A stretch of 64,000 nucleotides of DNA, from assembly GCA_039804105.1 (NCBI GenBank), contig JBDRZU010000001.1:1152001-1216000 (forward strand). The letters run 5' to 3'. Below, piece by piece: positions 59,164 through 64,000 of this stretch; within the stretch, counting starts at the first letter, position 1, and each line of letters begins with the position of its first letter. The stretch is from a candidate division WOR-3 bacterium (lineage in GTDB: Bacteria > Hydrothermota > 32-111). The notes beneath the pieces are model-generated. The model made no database searches, was not told the DNA's origin, and worked only from the letters and a program-made list of their open reading frames with translations. The translations under genes and the position numbers were made by a program.

Positions 59164-59193
59164 AAAAGGGGCTTTAAAAAAGCCCCTTTTTTT
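59162..59193. terminator. Bidirectional intrinsic terminator
   Basis: AAAAAAGGGGCTTT-aaa-AAAGCCCCTTTTTT between convergent genes. Confidence 0.88.
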
Positions 59194-59208
59194 AAAACCA
59201 AAAGTTTG

Positions 59209-60501
59209 TTACCAAACTCTCTTATAATAATCATCAGAATCAGTATAATCATCCCACATAGTTTGTCTTGTTGGATCATATACTTCACCACCAATTCCGT
59301 TTGCATTTGTATCCAATCTCCATTTTTTGTCTGAATTATCCGTGACTTCTTTTGAAACATAGAGGTAAACAGCAGAAGTGTTATTCCAATCAAGATTTAT
59401 CAGTGAATATTCTACCTGTGTTGTATCAGGTGAAATTGATAAAGCACCAGGTATATAGGTATAACTTCCATTAACTGATGCAAAAACTTTTATGTTGTTG
59501 TTTGTTAATTTTGTTATATCCATGTTGTCATTGAAATGTATTGTTAATATTGGTGAACCATAACCGATGTTGACCCAGTTTACTCTTGGTGGTGTGTCGT
59601 CATCTCCACCTGAACCTTGTGTTAAAAATCTTGTTTTGTAATTTTTGATTGAAGAAGTGTAAGTATCATCAAAATATGGTAGGGACTTATTTCCAGCAGA
59701 GTCAGTTATTGTTGAACAGACAACTTCAATTTCATAGAGTTTTCTTTCTGCCAATGGATCTCCATTTTTTACCTGGAATTCCGCTTCCCATATTCCCCAC
59801 CACCATAAGTAAGAATAATCTACAAGTTCAATGTTTATTTCACTTCTTGAACCATCATCATTAATTTTATAAAGTTTTGTACTGTTTACAACTTTTGATG
59901 ATTCAACAAGTTCATCAAATTCAACAAAGAAATGTGCATTAACATTCACATTTCCAGTATTTGGGAAAATTCCTAAAATTACTGGATTTTCATAATCAAC
60001 AAAGTCAGTTCCAGCACCAGTTCTGAACTGGTAGATCACATCATCATAAGGTGATCCATCATCTTTTTCGTTACCATTTCCATCAAGGAAACTGTTTGAG
60101 GTTGATTTAACACCATTTTTTATTCTCAAAGTATATGTTGCATTATCGGCAAAAGTTGCTGTAATTTTTACTCGTTTAAATTCTGGTTCATAAACTATTG
60201 TTATATTTGAAATATCGCCTGATGGACCATTTTCCGATAAAGCAAAATTTGTTGCATTAACTGTTGAGTTCAAAAGATAATCATTAAAATACACATATAT
60301 AACACCTTCTACATCACCTGTTGATGGATCAACATCCTGAATGTTCCCCATATTACCTGGGTTTGTATTAATGATGTTCAAAATGTTTTTTCCAGAAGTT
60401 GCCAGTTCCAGATCGTTTTTTATATCAGCAGATTCGTAAGGTTTAAATGTACAACCTGCCAGAATCAGAATAAATATAATTAAAGGAATAAACTTTTTCA
60501 T
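59209..60501 (-). CDS. Lipoprotein with tandem Ig-like (Big_5-like) domains
   Basis: Lipobox LAGC; three repeats with P..G.V..I...F.(D/E) pattern; LDGNGN and LDTNANG motifs. Confidence 0.7.
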   Translation of the reverse strand: MKKFIPLIIFILILAGCTFKPYESADIKNDLELATSGKNILNIINTNPGNMGNIQDVDPSTGDVEGVIYVYFNDYLLNSTVNATNFALSENGPSGDISNITIVYEPEFKRVKITATFADNATYTLRIKNGVKSTSNSFLDGNGNEKDDGSPYDDVIYQFRTGAGTDFVDYENPVILGIFPNTGNVNVNAHFFVEFDELVESSKVVNSTKLYKINDDGSRSEINIELVDYSYLWWWGIWEAEFQVKNGDPLAERKLYEIEVVCSTITDSAGNKSLPYFDDTYTSSIKNYKTRFLTQGSGGDDDTPPRVNWVNIGYGSPILTIHFNDNMDITKLTNNNIKVFASVNGSYTYIPGALSISPDTTQVEYSLINLDWNNTSAVYLYVSKEVTDNSDKKWRLDTNANGIGGEVYDPTRQTMWDDYTDSDDYYKRVW

Positions 60502-60516
60502 TTTATCCTCCTATCC

Positions 60517-62136
60517 TTAAAACTTCACATTGACTGAAACTGACCATGTTGAAAGATCTGTTAAATTTGAAAAGCCCATAAAGTCAATTTTAACATTCTT
60601 TGAAATTTCCCAACCAAGTCCATAGTAGTAATATGTTGATATTGAACTACCCTTTCCTGTTGCTTCGTAATCGTATCTATATGATGGATTTTCAACTATG
60701 AACTGGTATGTTGAACCATCACCATAAAGATATTCTCCAATAACTGGTGAGTATGAAAGATATTTTGAACTCTGATAACTGTTATTCCATGAGAAATATG
60801 TTCTTGCACCCAATCTTCCAAACAGATTTGTTAAGAAATTGTATTCTATTCCAACAGGAATTGCTAATGTTGAAGTTAGATAATTTTGCACAAATTCCTG
60901 TGTAAAACTACCTGTTTCTGTGTATGTATAATCATTAACATCATTGATTCCGTTTCCATCATCGTATGTTTCTCTGTAATACTCAATGTAATTTAATGTA
61001 TCTATTTCTGAATTTTTATACTGTGAGAACTCTATCCCAATTCCAAACAATGCCTTATCAAGTTTTTTCACATACTTTCCACCTATTGCCCAGTTTATAT
61101 TTGCCATATGTATAACTGTTTGAGAATCAAGAAGTGATAGTGAATCAAGATATGTGTAAATTTCATCTGTTGCAATACCTGGATAGACATCTTCTTCATA
61201 TGTGTATTCGTCGTAGAAATAATAAACAGGTTTGTATGAATTGTTTTGTAGACCTGTGAAAAATTCGATTGAATCTTCGTTCAATCTGTAATAACCCTTT
61301 AAGTTGAAGCCAATGTTTGTACCAGGTGCATTGTAATAGTTGTTGTAGTAATCATCGTATTTATAATAGTTGTTGATTGTTTGATCCTGTGGAGCATAAT
61401 CTTCATAAAGTGTGTCCCTGTAAAAATCTGAATAATCATTTTTCAAAAATCCAAAATTGATTGCTCCAACAAACTCCATATTTATCGTTGCAAAACCACC
61501 AGCAATGTTGATCAGATCAACCTGGTATTTGTTATCATAGTTTGCTTTATAATCTTCATAACCGGTGAACAGTATGTCGTTGGAAACTATGTTTGAATCA
61601 ATTGTTTCAAAAATAGCGTTTGTGTTTGAATTGTAGTTGTTAACATATTTTGTATACGAAAAACCAACTTTCACCCCTTCCTTTTTGCCAAAAAGAAAAC
61701 CAAAGTAATTTGCAGAATTTTCATCTAAAATACTCTGTGTTTGATTAATTGATAATTTACTCATATAATCATAGATCTGGTCACCATTTGTATCCATAAA
61801 GTTTCTTTCTTCACTTATTCCTGAATCATTGTATGAATATTTTGTAGAAGCAGAAAGAATTCCAAGATGGAGCATTTCCATCATTGAACCTTTTAGTCCG
61901 ATAAGATAGTTTGGTGAAGAACCATCAATAAGTTGTTCACTTAATGTGAAGTTTGAAAGGTTTGTGTAAAGGTTAAAGCCCTCGATGTTTGTCATTTCTG
62001 TTAAACCTAAAATCGCTTCAATCTCATCATCAATTATTCTGCCTGTTGAAATTGTTCTAAAAGATGAGAATTGAGCGGAAATTGTTAGAGAGAGAATCAG
62101 AATGAGAAAAAGAGAAAATAGCGTTTTGACCTTCAT
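60517..62136 (-). CDS. Putative outer-membrane beta-barrel protein
   Basis: Signal peptide, Tyr/Gly/Asn-rich amphipathic strands, C-terminal VNVKF. Confidence 0.6.
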   Translation of the reverse strand: MKVKTLFSLFLILILSLTISAQFSSFRTISTGRIIDDEIEAILGLTEMTNIEGFNLYTNLSNFTLSEQLIDGSSPNYLIGLKGSMMEMLHLGILSASTKYSYNDSGISEERNFMDTNGDQIYDYMSKLSINQTQSILDENSANYFGFLFGKKEGVKVGFSYTKYVNNYNSNTNAIFETIDSNIVSNDILFTGYEDYKANYDNKYQVDLINIAGGFATINMEFVGAINFGFLKNDYSDFYRDTLYEDYAPQDQTINNYYKYDDYYNNYYNAPGTNIGFNLKGYYRLNEDSIEFFTGLQNNSYKPVYYFYDEYTYEEDVYPGIATDEIYTYLDSLSLLDSQTVIHMANINWAIGGKYVKKLDKALFGIGIEFSQYKNSEIDTLNYIEYYRETYDDGNGINDVNDYTYTETGSFTQEFVQNYLTSTLAIPVGIEYNFLTNLFGRLGARTYFSWNNSYQSSKYLSYSPVIGEYLYGDGSTYQFIVENPSYRYDYEATGKGSSISTYYYYGLGWEISKNVKIDFMGFSNLTDLSTWSVSVNVKF

Positions 62137-62190
62137 CTTTCCTCCTTTTTGAAAGATTTATATAAAGTGAAATTTTATTCCCATAATACG

Positions 62191-62219
62191 ATTTTAAACT
62201 TTCTTTTTTATAAAGTCAA
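62191..62219 (-). promoter_or_regulatory. Sigma70-type promoter of the barrel/lipoprotein operon
   Basis: Minus strand TTGACT-17bp-TAAAAT; AAAGGAGG SD before ATG 62136. Confidence 0.65.
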
Positions 62220-62235
62220 GAGATTTTATTTTAAG

Positions 62236-62264
62236 AAAAACAGAGGGAATTAAATCCCTCTGTT
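62236..62264 (-). terminator. Intrinsic terminator after tldD
   Basis: AACAGAGGGA-attaaa-TCCCTCTGTT with T tract on the minus strand. Confidence 0.8.
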
Positions 62265-63708
62265 ATTTATTCCCTATTCCAACATGAACTTTTCTAAATC
62301 TTGTCGGTGCAGCACCATGTGACATTTCAGCCCTCTGCCCTGGTTGTCCTTTTCCACAGTTTATAACTCCCCAAAGATCCCAGTAATTTTCATTACAGAT
62401 TGCATCACATTTATTCCAGAATTCGGGAGTTATATCCTGATATGAACAATTTTTCAGCATTCTTCCAAGTTTTCCATCCTTTATCTCATATCCTATTTCA
62501 CAACCGAACTGAAAATTCAACCTTCTTTGATCAATTGACCATGATTTGTTAACATCCATATATATTCCATCTTTAGTATCTTTTATCAAATCCTCAAGTT
62601 CCCATTCTCCAGGAGCAAGAGAAAGATTTGATATTCTTATAATTGGTATTGAATAGAAACCCTGGGATCTATTACATCCTTTTGATCTTGTATCACCTAT
62701 TTTATGGGCTAATTCTCTATTTGTCATATATCCAACGAGTATTCCTTCCTTCACAATATCCCATCTTTGACTTCTTACACCATCATCATCATAGCCCTGG
62801 GTTGCAAGTCCCATTGGAATTGTGGCGTCGGCAAAAAGGTTAACTATTTTTGAACCATATCTAAATTTTTTGTATTTTTCGAGTGTAGCAAAGGAACTTC
62901 CAGCATAGTTTTCTTCATACCCTAACACTCTGTCAAGTTCTGTTGCATGTCCAACCGATTCGTGAATTTGTAAAACCATTTGTGCACCACCAATAATAAT
63001 ATCTTTCACTGCATCAGGACATTGTGGTGCTGTTAAGAGTGCAATCGCTTCGTCTCTGATTCTTTCAGCATTCTGTAATAGTTCCATCTGTTCGATTATT
63101 TCATAACCACCAGAGTAATATTGACCTCCAAAAGATGCAGGGTACGATCTTGTTTGCATATCCTCATTACCAACAGCAGTTGCCGAATATCCAGCACCAC
63201 TTCTTAAAAGATCTTGTAGAATTTCACTTCCCTCGCTGTTTACAAACCATTTTCTTATATTCTGGAAAGACATTTCACTTGTGGCTACTTTTATTTCACT
63301 TTTTTTTCTTAAAATCTCATCTATTTTAAACAATAAATCTGCCTTTTTTTCAAGTGGTATTCTAAAAGGATTTTTTAAAACTGGTGTAAACCAGTGATCC
63401 TTGTACACATCCTCTTTTGCAAGTCGAACCTTTTCTTTCTGTAAAGAACTACTCGCTTTTGCTATCAAGACAGCTTCTTTCGCAACCCTTTTGATTTCAC
63501 CTGTTGAAAGGTTATCACTTGAAGAAAAACCCCATGAACCTTTATATAAAACTCTTATTCCAAAACCAAGAGTGTTTGTGTAATCAACATTCAATTTCCC
63601 ATTTTTTACAACGATCTCCTCATTCTTTGTATCTATTATCCTTATGTCAGCATAATCTGCACCATAATGTTTTGCAACTTCGATAGCCAATTTTCCAAGT
63701 TTAAACAT
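62263..63708 (-). CDS. tldD: TldD metalloprotease
   Basis: YADIR, GFGIRV, HESVGHATELD (HExxGH), CGKGQPGQ, SHGAAP. Confidence 0.92.
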   Translation of the reverse strand: MFKLGKLAIEVAKHYGADYADIRIIDTKNEEIVVKNGKLNVDYTNTLGFGIRVLYKGSWGFSSSDNLSTGEIKRVAKEAVLIAKASSSLQKEKVRLAKEDVYKDHWFTPVLKNPFRIPLEKKADLLFKIDEILRKKSEIKVATSEMSFQNIRKWFVNSEGSEILQDLLRSGAGYSATAVGNEDMQTRSYPASFGGQYYSGGYEIIEQMELLQNAERIRDEAIALLTAPQCPDAVKDIIIGGAQMVLQIHESVGHATELDRVLGYEENYAGSSFATLEKYKKFRYGSKIVNLFADATIPMGLATQGYDDDGVRSQRWDIVKEGILVGYMTNRELAHKIGDTRSKGCNRSQGFYSIPIIRISNLSLAPGEWELEDLIKDTKDGIYMDVNKSWSIDQRRLNFQFGCEIGYEIKDGKLGRMLKNCSYQDITPEFWNKCDAICNENYWDLWGVINCGKGQPGQRAEMSHGAAPTRFRKVHVGIGNK

Positions 63709-63721
63709 TTTTCCTCCTATA

Positions 63722-64000
63722 TTAAAATTCAGTTTTACTTGTGAATGTAAAATCTTTGATTTTCATCGCTGGAACAGCAAAACCACCACCAAATCCTCCA
63801 CTCTGAACAATACATTTATCACCAATCATCACGACATTTGACAGCGCTTCCATGATCGATTGTGTGAATCTCATATTTTTTAAACCATCTTTAACTTTTC
63901 CATCCTCAACGAGGAATATACCGTTTCTTGTCATTCCGGTTATCGTTGTTGTCATTGGATTTAACATGTTGACATAATGGAATTGTGTAACAAGTATTCC
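63722..64000 (-). CDS. TldE/PmbA family protein, C-terminal part (partial)
   Basis: GILVTQFHYVN..TGMTRNGIFLVEDG..NMRFTQS..PAMKIKDFTFTS; adjacent to tldD. Confidence 0.8.
   Translation of the reverse strand, partial: GILVTQFHYVNMLNPMTTTITGMTRNGIFLVEDGKVKDGLKNMRFTQSIMEALSNVVMIGDKCIVQSGGFGGGFAVPAMKIKDFTFTSKTEF

Noticed and set aside
1..64000. CRISPR array, rRNA or tRNA genes
   Set aside because: No regularly spaced repeats or cloverleaf/rRNA-like GC-rich segments seen; the 32-mer copies are kilobases apart and in mixed orientation.

Overview
This is an AT-rich chromosomal window from an anaerobe-like diderm bacterium. T9SS-like C-terminal domains and cyclase-STAND-TPR proteins suggest an FCB-related candidate phylum such as WOR-3/TA06 (inference only). 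The window spans the replication origin (dnaA, DnaA boxes, dnaN) and the parABS locus with a perfect parS. It also holds a complete, probably Na+-translocating V/A-type ATPase operon, an ogg-perR-hrb-fprA-ftn-dfx-rbr oxidative-stress operon, three tandem M42 aminopeptidases with an M23 peptidase-bactofilin pair, a surface-polysaccharide cluster, uvrC, an ABC exporter, envelope proteins and tldD/pmbA. The one clearly foreign segment is a visibly GC-richer ~8 kb Type I restriction-modification cassette (hsdM-fic-hsdS-RAYT-hsdR). The most striking unexplained structure is an identical 32-33 bp non-palindromic element (AAAAATGTCAAAAAGTCAAGCACCGTCCCCGA) present three times in alternating orientation (23527 +, 31542 -, 38949 +). 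Copies 1 and 2 bracket the RM cassette, and copies 2 and 3 bracket the rsmG-parAB-M42x3-M23-bactofilin block. No integrase is present in the window; the only candidate DNA-processing enzyme is an HUH (RAYT-like) transposase embedded in the RM operon, which carries a perfect 28-bp GTAG palindrome inside its own coding sequence. No rRNA, tRNA or CRISPR array was recognised. All product calls come from motif recognition by eye; no database searches were run.
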